Position numbers and translations under genes: made by a program. Below the pieces are notes generated by a model. It had not been told where the DNA came from. It ran no database searches and worked only from the letters and a program-made list of their open reading frames with translations. DNA of 63,877 bases, filler included, from Pseudogymnoascus verrucosus (taxonomy: Eukaryota): NCBI GenBank assembly GCA_001662655.1. It is 7 parts of 7 records of this genome, joined end to end, with 100 filler letters (N's around TTAATTAATTAA, not from the genome) between each part and the next. Parts side by side here need not be neighbours in the genome. Positions count along the whole stretch, not along the records: positions 30,969 to 40,201 come from KV460312.1; positions 40,302 to 49,415 come from KV460313.1; positions 49,516 to 58,386 come from KV460314.1; 4 more parts are not named here. One strand, given 5' to 3'. This document shows, piece by piece, positions 38,408 to 51,124 of the stretch; the first letter of the stretch is position 1, and each line of letters opens with the position of its first letter.

Positions 38408-38879
38408 ACGTAGGTCATGGCCATACCGGGACTATGGCCATACCGGGAATCCGGCAACCACCACCAAATAGAGGGTCACGTGACCTAAATGAAAACCTTA
38501 ATAACTTTTTAATTAGTAGATGTATAGCCTAGCCCTCTTATATTAACGATATTTATATAGTTATCTAATATATATGAAAACGTTAGTAGTACTAGTTGTG
38601 TTTTATAAGAGATATTAAGGTTTAAACTTTTACTATACAAAATATTTATATGGCAAAACTTAAACTATAAATAACTCCTTTCTAAGGCTAGCTTACACTT
38701 TAAAACATTTAGCTATAGTATATATGTAGATAAAGACTAAGAACATAAGAGGATTAAGTTTTATAGGCACTATTGTAAAAGTTATTACAGTTTTCATTTA
38801 GGTCACGTGACCCTCTATTTTAGTGGTGGTTGCCGGATTCCCGGTATGGCCATAGTCCCGGTATGGCCACGACCTACGT
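38408..38879. mobile_element. MITE, 472 bp, TIR core CCATACCGGGA
   Basis: Matching TIRs, TA TSD. Confidence 0.92.
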
Positions 38880-38899
38880 TATATGTTCTATTTACTATA

Positions 38900-39384
38900 A
38901 CGTAGGTCATGGCGTAATGGCTACCATAACGTAATGGCTGTAGTTGCCATTGCAAGCTAATTTGTATTATGTGATCTACATTTCAACCTTTAATAACTTT
39001 TTAACTAAGTTTGTTAAAGTTTAATGCTTTTGTACTTAGAGACTTAATATACACATACATTATACTTAAAAATATTAACTTATAAGCTAGTCTAATAAGG
39101 AAGTTATTAGCCATTTTAGATTTACTATATATAAAAAAATGTATAGCAAAATCTAAAACCTTAATGAACTTATTTAACAATACGCTAGAGCTACTAGTGT
39201 CTTTATTTATAGTAGATGATTATATAGAGTTTTTATATATAAGAGGGCTAAACCTTACAATTTTTATTAATGGAGTAGTTAAGGTTCTAAATTCTGTAAT
39301 TGTAAGTACCTTTACATACACGTTTAGCTGTAAAGATACATTGCAGCCATTACGCCATTGTAGCCAGTACGCCATGACTTACGT
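38900..39384. mobile_element. MITE, 485 bp, TIR core CGTAATGGCT
   Basis: Imperfect matching TIRs, TA TSD, common MITE body. Confidence 0.85.
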
Positions 39385-39615
39385 TATGTTTTCTATTTAC
39401 TTTATGTTCTAAGTTATTATGTGTGTTCTATTTACATTATGTTCTAAGTTACTACGTGTGTTCTATTTATATTACGTTCTAAGTTATTACATAAGTATTT
39501 ATTTAAAAATGACCATTTTAATTTAAACTGTTCTAGCTCTCTCTCTTTAATTATTCTGGCTCTTTCCTTAATAGGAATAATATCACATGGCTAAGCTTAA
39601 CAGCTATGTGCATTA

Positions 39616-40201
39616 ACGTAAGTCGTGGCCATACCGGCTTAATGGCCATACCGGCTCAATTGCTGACCCCACCAAAATCTACAACAGAACCACCAAACCA
39701 TTAACTTAGGAAATTGTAAATAATTTAATTACTACTACCCTAATTCATCTATATCATCATTAGAAGGCTCTTCTTCACTCTCTTCATCTATTTCCTTAAT
39801 TATAGCTTCGTTTATAGGTCGTGGCGTTATTCTAGGCCTCTGTGAAGCTGTTGCTGTTGCTGCTTCTGCTTCTACAACTTGCAACTGTAACTCCTCTGTA
39901 GAGATGTGAAATTGACCCTTTAAAACAACTCTTTTACCCTTATTCTGTACTCTGCGCTTCTAGATAATTGAGCGTAAGTTATCACACTCTCTTTTTTGAA
40001 GGGTGTTGCGTGTATTAAGGCGTTCTGACTCATCTGCTAACTTATTAATATATCGCTTTGTAGGAGTATTCAAAACACTCTAACTTATTGTAGAAGAGAG
40101 CATAGAGTTCGCTTTTTAAAGAGTATTAAAATTAGGTGGACTACTGTTTAAGAATACCTTCTTAAAAATATCATGCTCTATAGGAGTATGTGGCCGTTCT
40201 A
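39616..40201 (-). mobile_element. pogo/Fot1-like transposon 3' end, TIR core CCATACCGGCT
   Basis: TIR followed by minus-strand C-terminal transposase sequence up to the gap. Confidence 0.87.
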
Positions 40202-40301
40202 NNNNNNNNNNNNNNNNNNNNNNNNNNNNNNNNNNNNNNNNNNNNTTAATTAATTAANNNNNNNNNNNNNNNNNNNNNNNNNNNNNNNNNNNNNNNNNNN
40301 N

Positions 40302-40345
40302 GGTAGCAGGTCTGGCCATGTAGCAGGTCTGGCCATGACCTACGT
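40302..40345. mobile_element. Isolated TIR, core CCAGACCTGCT, at a contig start
   Basis: GGTAGCAGGTCTGGCCATGTAGCAGGTCTGGCCATGACCTACGT|TA; same sequence as ~11886-11926. Confidence 0.8.
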
Positions 40346-40374
40346 TAACGCACATGTTGGCTTTATAGGGCTTA

Positions 40375-41039
40375 ACGTAAGTCGTGGCCATACCGGCTCA
40401 ATGGCCATACCGGCTCATTTGCCGACCCCACCAAAAGTTGGTCACATTTACATCACATGACCTACAATTGAATTCCTAATAACTTTTGTAATAAAAATAG
40501 TAGGACTTAACCCTCTTATTTAAAGAGTCTTTATATACCTATACCTTATAATTAAAAACACTAGCATATAAGCTAGTGTTATAAGGAAGTTATTAACAGT
40601 TTTAGATTTGCCATACTAAATTTTTATATGATAAAAGTTAAAATCTTTAATAGTTTATGCAAAAAGAAGCTAGTGCTATTAGCGTTTTTATATATAGTAT
40701 ACAATAGTTTAAAGTTTCTATATATAAGAGGGACATACTCTAGCATTTTTATTAAAGGAGTTATAATATTCTGATTTTTGTAAGTGTAAGTATCATTACA
40801 TACAAACTTGTATGTAAAGGTACTAAAAGCCGGTATGGCCATTGAGCCGGTATGGCCACGACTTNNNNNNNNNNNNNNNNNNNNNNNNNNNNNNNNNNNN
40901 NNNNNNNNNNNNNNNNNNNNNNNNNNNNNNNNNNNNNNNNNNNNNNNNNNNNNNNNNNNNNNNNNNNNNNNNNNNNNNNNNNNNNNNNNNNNNNNNNNNN
41001 NNNNNNNNNNNNNNNNNNNNNNNNNNNNNNGACTTACGT
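40375..41039. mobile_element. MITE, TIR core CCATACCGGCT (right end spans an N gap)
   Basis: TIRs at 40375 and ~40830-40864. The flanks GGGCT|TA|AGTCTTAG reconstitute repeat family Y. Confidence 0.82.
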
Positions 41040-42075
41040 TAAGTCTTAGAAGGATTTTTTTTGTCTATTTCTAAAGGTTTAATTATATATTAGGGGTTTC
41101 CTTTTATATAAACCTACTAACATACTATTATTCTACATGTGTTCTAGGTTATCATGTAAGTGTTTGTTTGTTTGTTTACACGTGACATTGTTGCTACGTG
41201 CGCTGCCACTCTAAAAGCTTGCCTTTATTAAGCTTGCTAGTGTAAAAGCAATGACCTTAAATTGTCTTAAGTTATTACGTGTGTTATTGTTGTTGTTATC
41301 TTCTTCATCTACTATTTAGAGTAGGACTTAATTATTTAGGTTAGAGGCCTTCCTTCTCTATATATATTCTAGAAACAGTACAAAGCAGTTACCTTCATAA
41401 CCATTAGTTTTAAGAAGAATAACATTACTTAAATTCAACCTAAGTTGTTCTAAGTTAGGACATAAGTTTTAAAGTAGTAGTAAATAAAGAGAGCTAGCTT
41501 ATGGATATATTCTAGTAATTAATAATAGCTGCTCTATAATAATATAGTATGTTATAACTTAAAGTATAACGTAGGTCGTGGCTAGAGCGGCGCCATGGCC
41601 AGAGCGGCGACTTAGCTCACCCCACCAAAATCCAGAGCAAGAACACCAACATACTACTATCAACCATCAACTATTATATCATTAATATGGTTAGGAAAAG
41701 GAGTATTAAGGCTCAAGAGCGTGATATATTACTTTCTAAGGCTGTTTTAGGAGTAGAAAATGGTAAATATAAAACTGCACAAGCTGCAGCTACTGCCTTA
41801 GGACTTAGGCCAGATACTGTGCGGAGGCGCATAAGCAGTGTATGTAGAACGCTTGCAAATCCCATTAGAAGCATCAACTCCTATCTAAAAATCAAGAGAA
41901 ACCCCTCTTAAAGTGGATTAAAGAGCTTACTACAAGCGGCTACGCTCCTAGCCATCGGATATTACGTGAGGTTGCAGATGAAGTCCAATTAAATAAGTGT
42001 TGCGTTTTTCAGCCTTAACAACACCTACAACAACAACAACAACAACAACAACAACCTCAAATACTTCCTAAGTTA

Positions 42076-42385
42076 ACGTAAGTCATGGCGTAACCGGCAC
42101 AATGGCGTAACCGGCATAATCATGTGTTGTTCCCTCACCAAAAAAAATCAACTTTTTTAATAAGGTCGTGAATATTTTATAGCTTCTATACATAATAGAA
42201 CAATATGCGTACTATTACCATACAAAAGAGCTAAGCTGTACAGTCAAAAGTGCAAAAGTTATGATCATTTCAAAAATCATTAGAAGTAAGTACCTTTCTA
42301 TACAAAGTTCAGTGTAAAGTGACATTATGCCGGTTACGCCATTGTGCCGGTTACGCCATTGTGCCGGTTACGCCATGACTTACGT
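42076..42385. mobile_element. Short MITE, 310 bp, TIR core CGTAACCGGCA, with three repeat units in the right TIR
   Basis: Inverted copy of 25557-25849 plus one extra 17-bp unit. Confidence 0.9.
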
Positions 42386-42509
42386 TACCTCTTAGGCAAG
42401 ATTGGGTTCTACAATTTATTCAAAGGCATCCTAACTTATGTGTTAAGTTAGGACGTAGAGTTGAGGCACAAAGGATAAATGGGGTTACAAAGCAGGTGTT
42501 AAAGGGGTA

Positions 42510-42697
42510 ACGTAAGTCATGGTGTAAGCGGCGACATGGTGTAAGCGGCGATTCTGAAAACCACACCAAAATCCACTAAACTACTAACTTAGAAAATCGA
42601 AAATAAGTTAACAATTATAATGCTAATTCATCTAAATCGCTGTCATATAACTCTTCTTCACTCTCTTCATCTATTTCCTCAATTGTAGCTTCGTGTA
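42510..42697 (-). mobile_element. Truncated transposon 3' end, TIR core TGTAAGCGGCG
   Basis: TIR plus minus-strand acidic tail (..YDSDLDELAL*). Confidence 0.82.
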
Positions 42698-42702
42698 ACG
42701 TA

Positions 42703-43196
42703 ACGTAAGTCGTGGCGTACTGCGGGTAATGGCGTACTGCGGGTATGTACCTTTACAGCTAAATTTATATGTGAAGGTACTTAAATCCTAAAACTTCAAA
42801 GTTAAATAACTCTGTTAATAAATTTATTATAATTTATTCCTCTTATATAAAGGGTCTATATATACTAATAATTAATATGTGAAAACGCTAGAAGTAACTA
42901 TATTAAGTTACATAAGTTATTAGAAGTATAAGTATTTGCTATACAAAATATTTGTATGGCAAATCTACACTTGTTAATATCTTCTGCATAAGGCTAGCTT
43001 ACATAATAGCGTAATTAAGCATAGCGTATACGTATATAAACATCTTATTTATAAGATGAATAAGTTCTAATAATTTTATTAATAGAGTTATTAGAGGTTA
43101 AAAGTTTTTAGGATTTAAGTACCTTTACATATAAATTTAGCTGTAAAGGTACATACCCGCAGTACGCCATTACCCGCAGTACGCCACGACTTACGT
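42703..43196. mobile_element. MITE, 494 bp, TIR core CGTACTGCGGGT
   Basis: Matching TIRs and long subterminal IRs; inserted in the TA of another TIR. Confidence 0.92.
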
Positions 43197-43241
43197 TAGG
43201 TCGTGGCGTAAGCAGTCTAATGGCGTAAGCAGTCTACCCTA

Positions 43242-43724
43242 ACGTAAGTCGTGGCGTAATGGGTATAATGGCGTAATGGGTATACTGAAATTACAAGCGA
43301 ATTTGTGTCACGTGACCTATATTTAAACGTTTAATACTTTTTAACTAAGCTAATTAAAGCTTAATGCTTTTAGATTTAGAATCTTTAGATACTTATACAT
43401 TATATTTAAAAATGCTAACTTGTAAGCTAGCCTAATAAGGAAGTTATTAGCATTTTTAGATTTACTATACAAAATTTTTATATGGCAAAACCTAAAACCA
43501 TTAATAACTTATGCAAAAACAAAGCTAGAGCTACTAGTGTCTTTACATATAGTAGATAATTATATGGGGTTTCTATATATAAGAGGGTTAAGCCTTACAA
43601 ATTTTATTAAGGGAGTAGTCAAGGTTCTAAATTCTATTATTATAAGTACCTTTGTATACATATTTAGCTGTAAAGGTACACTGTACCCATTACGCCATTA
43701 TACCCATTACGCCACGACTTACGT
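43242..43724. mobile_element. MITE, 483 bp, TIR core CGTAATGGGTAT
   Basis: Matching TIRs, TA TSD. A partial copy lies at 58242. Confidence 0.92.
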
Positions 43725-45015
43725 TACCAAACCACCAAATTTAAGGTCACGTGACTAGATTTAAAACCCTAATAACTTTTATAATAGTGATTATAAACCT
43801 TAATACTCTTAGACTGTTACTCTTTATATGCTAATATAATATGTATAAAAACGCTAGTAGTGCTACCTTTGTTTTACAAGAGATATGAAGGTTTAAACTT
43901 TTGCCATACAAAATATTAGTATAGGAAAACTTAAACTATAAATAACTCTTTAATAAGACTAGCCTACGTTCTCACGAATTTAATTGTAGTATATTAGTAT
44001 ATAAAGAGTAATAGTCTAAGAGGAATAAGTCTTAATAATTTTATTAATAGAGTTATTTAAGTTTAAGATTTTAAGATCTAAGTACCATTACATATAAATT
44101 TAGCTGTAAAGGTACATAGGCGCATTACGCCATTAGACTGCTTACGCCATGACCTACGTTATACTATTATACCTTAATAAGGCGCAACTCCTATAAATAT
44201 AAAAAGTAGAGTAGCTTGAAGCATATATAAAAGTAAGAGAATTAGTATTTTCTAACTTAAATATTACTTCTATATAGAGAGGAAGTAGGCTATAGCCATT
44301 CTAGCTACAAACAGTCATTTAAGCAGCTACGCTTCCTATAATAGACGTAATATTAGAATGGCCTTATACTCCTATAGAGCATGATATTTTTAAGAAGGTA
44401 TTCTTAAACAGCAGTCTATCTGATTTTCAAACACTTCATAAGGCAAATATAGTGCTTTCTATAGCCTTAAATTAAGGTGTTTTGAATACTCCTACAAAGC
44501 GATATATTAATAAGTAGCAGATGAGTTAGAACGCCTTAATACATACAATACCCTTTAAAAAAGAGAGTGTAATAACTTACGCTTAATTATTCAGAAGCGT
44601 AGAGTACAGAATAAGGGTAAAAGAGCAGTTTTGAAGGGTTAATTCTATATTTCTACAGAAGAACTCTAGTCGCAAGTAGTAGAAGCAGAAGCAGCAACAG
44701 CTTCATAGAGGTCTAGAATAACGCAACAACTTATAACTGAAGCTATAATTGAGGAAATAGATGAAGAGAGCGAAGAAGAGCTTTCTGAGGATGATATAGA
44801 TGAATTAGGGTGGTAGTAATTGAATTATTTGCGATTTTTCTAAGTTAGTAGTTTAGTGTTCTTGCTCTGGATTTTGGTGGGGTGAGCCAAGTCGCCGCTC
44901 TGGCCATGGCGCCGCTCTGGCCACGACCTACGTTAATAGTAATTTAGGCTTTTTTAAATTATATCTCATATCTACTATTACTATATAACATAATCTAGAT
45001 CGTGGTGTTCAACCT

Positions 45016-45163
45016 GCGGGGTTTGGCGCCCGAACGCGCGTGAACGGACCTAATGCCGCTTTCGAGTTGTATAAACGAGCAGCTCAACCCCCCCCCCCCT
45101 CCCCCCTGACTGTCTCTCTCCACCGTTTCTCCCTCCTAGCATTCTTGCACCCCTGCTGCACTC
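45016..45163 (+). repeat. Second copy of the promoter-like segment at 6203-6355
   Basis: Colinear similarity (see 6203). Confidence 0.75.
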
Positions 45164-45805
45164 CTAGAAGAACATCTTCTAGGTCATATAGCTAAGCCTT
45201 ACAAAAAGTAGGATTGTAGAAGTTGTGTTATAAGTTTTCCCCTAAGGCGTCTTTTCGCTAGTTGCAGTTTAAATAATGTTACGGAAGTAGTGTTGGATGC
45301 TTTGACTTAATTAGCTGTATTAACCGCTTTTAACTAGTAATCGCCAAGGGAGGGGTAACTTTATTTGGCCTACGGCCCCGGCCGGTAATTAGGACTGGTG
45401 CAATTCTCCTTCGTTCGTTAGATCGGGATTGTCCGCGTCATTAATCCTCTCAAGCGCCTCCATGGGTAGAGACCCAATATGGCAGGTCTAGACTGTCGAC
45501 CTCCTTATCTTATCATCATACCTTATATCCTGCCTAATACATGACCACCACCCGCGATCAGCTTCTTAGCTTGCCCAAATGCCAGGCTTAGTTCTCTAGC
45601 ATTAGGGGTTAAGTATGTGTAGACGTCCTGTCAGCTTCCTCAAACAGAAGGTAAATCGTGCAGGATCGACCGCTACGTCGAAATGTCATATATTAAGGGC
45701 ATACAAGTACTCGTTGAAGGGCAGTGGCTGCGAATATATATATATATATATTTATATAGACTTTAGTCAACTTTCTGATCTGTTCCTTGCTCCTCAGCCG
45801 TCGTC

Positions 45806-47187
45806 ATGAAGTTCACATCTTTGTGCTATATCGCGGCCCTCGCACCACTTTTGTCATCGGCATGTCTTCTCCCTGAGGAGCGCGCAGGGTTACCGAGGAA
45901 GGTACCACTGTTACGCCGCCAATCTAATGGCATTGCAATCGGGACGGGTGATCGTTATAGTGGAGGTACTGTAGCACCGCGGGGTGTGGGATCACAGACT
46001 GTAACGTTGACCTCGCTGTTAAACGTCAACGAGATTGCCTCCGGCTTGAAAGGTCTCGCAAGCATTTACGGAATCTCAACTTTCACGACTCCGTATACTA
46101 CCTATAACGGAGCAACCATCTCAGGCGGTAAAGTTGGGGGCAATGGAACATGCAACAATGCGTACCGTGTTTACTTAAACTCTGCAATTCACGCACGAGA
46201 GCGAGGTGCCTCAGATGGTCTACTGTTCTTTATTGGGGACCTCCTCTACGCCAACAAGAACAACGTCGGCTTGAATTTTGGCTCTAAGTCCTACACTGCC
46301 GCCCAAGTGAAGACAGCCATGTCAACTGGCATAATTTTCATACCCTTGAGCAACCCCGACGGAGTTGCCTATGATCAGTCTTCCAACAGTTGCTGGCGCA
46401 AGAACCGCAACCCCGCATCGTCAAGGGGCTCTGCATCCTCCATAGGCGTGGATTTGAATCGGAATTTTGACTTCATATGGGATTTGTCTTGGTGGGCATC
46501 AAGCGTGAGGAGTGAAGTCGCCTCCACTACACCTTCCTCTGAAGTGTTCCACGGTAATTATCTTCGCATTTTCTCTCTTGGTTCTCAGCTAATTTTCGAC
46601 TCTCAGGTACTGCAGCGTTTTCAGAACCTGAGACGAAAAGTATCAAATGGGTCATGGATACCTTTAGCAAAGTCCGTTGGTTCATCGATCTTCACTCGTA
46701 TGCTGGAGACGTCTTGTACAGCTGGGGTAGCGATGAAAACCAGTCAAAGACCTCCACTATGAATTTCATGAACTCTGCATACAACAGTGTTCGGGGCATC
46801 TTGAGCGACACTCCAGGCACTAATGGCGGATATGGCGAGTACACCCCAGCAGCTGAGAACACCGACAACATCAAAGCTGCAACACGTATTGGTAGTGCCA
46901 TGAGCACCGCTGCTGGGCGCACCTATTCTGTGATCCCAGCTGCGGACTTGTATCCAACTTCGGGGGCCAGCGATGATTACTCGTACTCACGTCACTTTGC
47001 CGATACTTCCAAGAACCTCATCCATGGATATACGGTCGAGTTTGGCTTTGGAAACTCAGCTGCCTCGTGCCCGTTCTACCCGACTCAAGCGCAGCACAAT
47101 TCGAATATTAAGGAGATTGGAGCCGGGTTCATGGAGTTGCTCTTAGCGGCCGCAGAGATTGGTCTTGGTGATACGACGGGTTGCTAG
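45806..47187 (+). CDS. Secreted M14 zinc carboxypeptidase; intron 46554-46606
   Basis: Signal peptide, IHARE (HxxE), NPDG, WRKNR, GVDLNRNF, spliced FHG|TAAFSEPET, DLHSY and YTVEF. Confidence 0.94.
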
Positions 47188-48475
47188 ACAAAGCGAAGAG
47201 GTGGAGGGGAAATTTCGTGGGCTTTGTTAGCTGCACTGTAGGAACACTATTATTGATCTCTGATCTTAATATATCGTACAATCTGTCCATTACTTAAGGG
47301 GTTCAACCGTAGTAATAATAAAATGCTGATAACGGCAAGCGTGGTCTAGGGAGGTTGATAAGGTTGGCAACTTCGGCTCGAAATTTCGCAGGAAGGAATA
47401 CGGTGGGAAGAGGGTGAGCCGAGGGTGATTAGCGCCTGAGTAGAAGCGGCGGGCTTACTAACCGACCTTAGGACGAAGAAAAAATAAGTTGTGTTCAACT
47501 ACCCATCTTAGCTTCATGAGGGTCTAGTCCAAGCGTGTTTATGAGCTACTGATATTAGCAGCTTTAAATGAAGCAGCTATGGACAGAAAGCAGCATACCT
47601 TTAAGACCCCCTTCTTATCGTTACTATCCATGAGACGACCATTCTCTTTGTTGTATAGAATTATAAATCTATGCTCTATATTATAGCATCGCACTGCTCT
47701 TCTTCACCTAGTCTTTATTATACATATGCTAGATGAATGATATCATAGTCCCTCTAAAGCAGTCCTAAATCATAGAGCGCTAGTCCCTTAAATGCTAATT
47801 ATAACAGAACCTAATTAAGAGTTAGGATAGGTAGCTACTCTAACGTCTTGATTTAAGCGTATAGTTCACTTGCCTTTTAAACTTTGTCTCTAATACTCTT
47901 AAGATTGTCTATAATAGTAGGGGCATACTTTATTTTAATAATAGTTGTTAGGTTATTATGATTATCTTTAAGGCTTTAGTAGTATCTAGCTAGGCGTTTG
48001 GTCTTTAGCTTTAGTTAACGTCACTTAACATGATTATAAAGGCGTTAAAGTAGTTTTTGATTAATGGGTACAATCCTTCCTAGGGCTATGATGACAGCAA
48101 GCTTGTTCTGCCTTAAGAGGGTGTAATATTAGCCACACTATCGTTATAGGGAGTAACAGGTATAGAGGAGTAAACTGTTGTAGTTAAAAGACGTTACAGC
48201 TTATATGTAGGAGATAGGGGGGAACACATATATATAGACAATAGGAGAGGATCTTAAGTGCTAGAAAGGTGGCTGCTATAGTGCTAGAGGAATTAGGGGT
48301 AACCCCTTATTGTTAATGGCTACTATCCATCTAGAGGTATAATAAGGTAGAAGTGACTAGACAACAGGTTTTTGTTTTTAGAGGTTTAGGGATGGTGCCT
48401 TCGCTCTAATAATTATCTAGTAGCCAATCGCTAATCTAAGGCACGTGATGAAACCCTAGTGTTTAGGGCTGCGTA

Positions 48476-48626
48476 ACGTAGGTCATGGTGTAAGCGCTGC
48501 TATAGTATAAGCAACAATTCTAGATACCCCACTAACAACCAGGACTAAACTACTAAATTACTACCTTAGAAAATTGTAAATAAATCAATTACTACAATAC
48601 TAATTCATCTAAATTGCTATTATATA
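48476..48626 (-). mobile_element. RIPed transposon 3' end, TIR core TGTAAGCGCT
   Basis: Degenerate TIR plus acidic-tail homology. Confidence 0.7.
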
Positions 48627-48966
48627 ACGTAAGTCGTGGTCAGACTAGCTACATAGCCAGACTGGCTACTTAGCTCACCCTACCAAAACCAAGGTCACTA
48701 AACCAAAATTAAAACCATAATAACTTTTGTAATAGTGTATGTATATAAAGCTTAATCCTCTTAAATTATGTTTTTTCATATAATAATCTAACATGTATAT
48801 AAACACTAGTAGTACTAGCTTTGTTTTACAAGAGATATTAAGGCTTATATTTTTACTATTCAAATATTTATATAGTAAAACTTAAAACTATTATTAACTT
48901 ATATAAAAAGACACTAGTAATATTACCCTTTTTATATATAGTAGATACGTACTTAAAGTTTCTATA
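48627..48966. mobile_element. Partial MITE, TIR core CCAGACTGGCT
   Basis: One TIR plus the common MITE body, interrupted at 48967. Confidence 0.78.
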
Positions 48967-49415
48967 ACGTAAGTCGTGGCGTAACCGGCACAATGGCGTA
49001 ACTGGCATAGTGGGGTTGGAACCACCCCATCAAACTACTACCACCTTTAAAAATTGCAAATAATTCAATTACTACCACCCTAATTCATCTATATCATTAT
49101 CTTCGCTCTCCTCGCTCTCTTCTTCACTCTCACTATTAGTTAAGTTAACTATTGAGGTAGGTTGTGGTGTTGTTCTATGCCTCTGTAAAGTTGTTGCTAT
49201 TACTGTTGCTGCTTCTGCTTCTATAACTTGCGACTGTAGCTCCTTGAGATATGGAATTGACCCTTCAAAACTGCTCTTTTACCCTTATTCTATGTTCTTC
49301 GCTTTTAGATAATTGAACGTAAGTTATTACACTCTCTTTTTTAAAGGGTATTGCGTGTATTAAGGCGTTCTGACTCATCTGCTAGCTTATTGATATATTG
49401 CTTTGTAGGAGTATT
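48967..49415 (-). mobile_element. Transposon 3' end, TIR core CGTAACCGGCA
   Basis: Same TIR and same distinctive C-terminal tail (VNLTNSESEEESEESEDNDIDELGW) as 21009-22029. Confidence 0.87.
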
Positions 49416-49515
49416 NNNNNNNNNNNNNNNNNNNNNNNNNNNNNNNNNNNNNNNNNNNNTTAATTAATTAANNNNNNNNNNNNNNNNNNNNNNNNNNNNN
49501 NNNNNNNNNNNNNNN

Positions 49516-50076
49516 AGTCATTCGAGCAGCTACGCTTCCTACTACAGACGTTGTAGTAGAACGGCCACATACTCCTACAGAGCATGATATTTTTGAGAAG
49601 GTATTCTTAAACAGCAGTCCACCTGATTTTCAAACACTTCACAAAGCAAATACAGTTCTGTCTACTACAATAAGTCAGAGTAGTGCTCTTAATACTCCTA
49701 CAAAGCGATATATCAATAAGTTAGCAGATGAGTCAGAACGCCTTAATACACGCAACACCCTTCAAAAAAGAGAGTGTGATAACTTACGCTCAATTATTCA
49801 GAAGCGTAGAGCACAGAATAAGGGTAAGAGAGCAGTTTTAAAGGGTCAATTCCACATTTCTACAGAAGAACTCCGGTCGCAAGTTGTAGAAGCAGAAGCA
49901 GCAACAGCAATAGCTTCAAGAGAGCGAAGAGAGCGAAGAAGAGCCTTCTGATGATGATATAGATGAATTAGGGCTGTAGTAATTGAATTATTTCGATTTT
50001 TTGAAGTTGTTGATGGGGTAGCTGCAACCCCACTACCGCCAGTACGCCATTCCCGCCAGTACGCCACGACTTACGT
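49516..50076 (+). mobile_element. Transposon 3' end, TIR core CGTACTGGCGG
   Basis: C-terminal transposase sequence plus TIR, followed by a TACGT remnant of another TIR. Confidence 0.87.
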
Positions 50077-50081
50077 TACGT

Positions 50082-50617
50082 TAGAGCATGATATTTTTAA
50101 GAAGGTATTTTTAAATAGTAGTCCACCTGATTTTCAAACACTTTACAAAGCAAATTTAGTGCTCTTAAATACCTTAAATCAAGGTGTTTTAAATACTCCT
50201 ATAAAGCGATATATTAATAAGTTAGTAGATGAGTTAGAATGCCTTAATACACGTAACACCCTTTAAAAAAGAGAGTGTGATAACTTACGCTCAATTATTT
50301 AGAAGCGTAGAGTACACAATAAGGGTAAGAGAGCAGTTTTAAAGGGTCAATTCCACATTTCTATAGAGGAACTCTAGTCGTAAGTTGTAGAAGTAGAAGC
50401 AGCAACAGCCACAGCTTCACAGAGGCCTAGAACAACGCCACGACCTATAAATGAGGCTACAATTGAGGAAATAGATGAAGAGAGTGAAGAGGGGCTACAT
50501 GATAGCGATTTAGATGAATTAGCACTATAGTAATTGAATAATTTCGATTTTTTTAATATAGTGGTGGTTTTCATAGGGTAGCCAACCCTACTACCGACTT
50601 TACCCCACGACCTACGT
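50082..50617 (+). mobile_element. RIPed transposon 3' end with a single-unit TIR (core GGTAAAGTCGGT)
   Basis: C-terminal homology, ends CCACGACCTACGT|TA. Confidence 0.8.
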
Positions 50618-51124
50618 TATAGATAGACTATTAAAACCTATCTATTATATTTTACATTTCTATTTTATAACTAGCTATATATAGCATATATTTTTTTAAT
50701 ATAATTATTCTAACTAATTATATAAATGTATAAAATGTATTTCTAAGCACCTATTTATTACATATTTATAAAGTTTAGACTATAGTAATCAACATAGATG
50801 AGCTAATACCTTAGGTTATTGTTTAAATGAATTATGTATGTACAATCTTAAGGGCCTACTGAACGTTAGATAAACGTTTCAATACAAGGATGCGGCTCCC
50901 TCCTAGCCCGTCACCTCCCCGAAGCGCAGGCATGACGAGTACAGACATCGCCTGCGATGGGAAAGTTTGACTCCGTCCATCCCTAGAGCAGTGACTGACG
51001 ACTTGCCATATGACGACATGGCCGATTAGTAAACTTAGGACGGGATGTTAGATCAACGGGATGTTAAATCATTTGGAAATTATTTTTAATCACAGTGGGC
51101 CCCTTAGGTTACGTAGGTGCTATT

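Larger units (their letters stand above)
42698..44159. mobile_element. MITE, TIR core CGTAAGCAGTCT, interrupted twice
   Basis: Left TIR split as ACG|TA..TA|GGTCGTGGCGTAAGCAGTC; right TIR ends at 44159. Confidence 0.85.
41569..44933 (+). mobile_element. pogo/Fot1-like transposon, TIR core CCAGAGCGGCG, with five nested elements and an internal deletion
   Basis: Matching TIRs at both ends with TA flanks. ATG at 41687 (frameshifted). Coding resumes at ~44165 after loss of the central DDD region. Confidence 0.9.

Noticed and set aside
39164..39412. Short ORFs within MITE bodies (also 40624, 43537, 48675 and 58588)
   Set aside because: AT-rich chance ORFs that cross element boundaries, with no recognisable domain.
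47300..48470. Possible degenerate retroelement or gene
   Set aside because: RIP-like composition, but I could not read any diagnostic motif or terminus.
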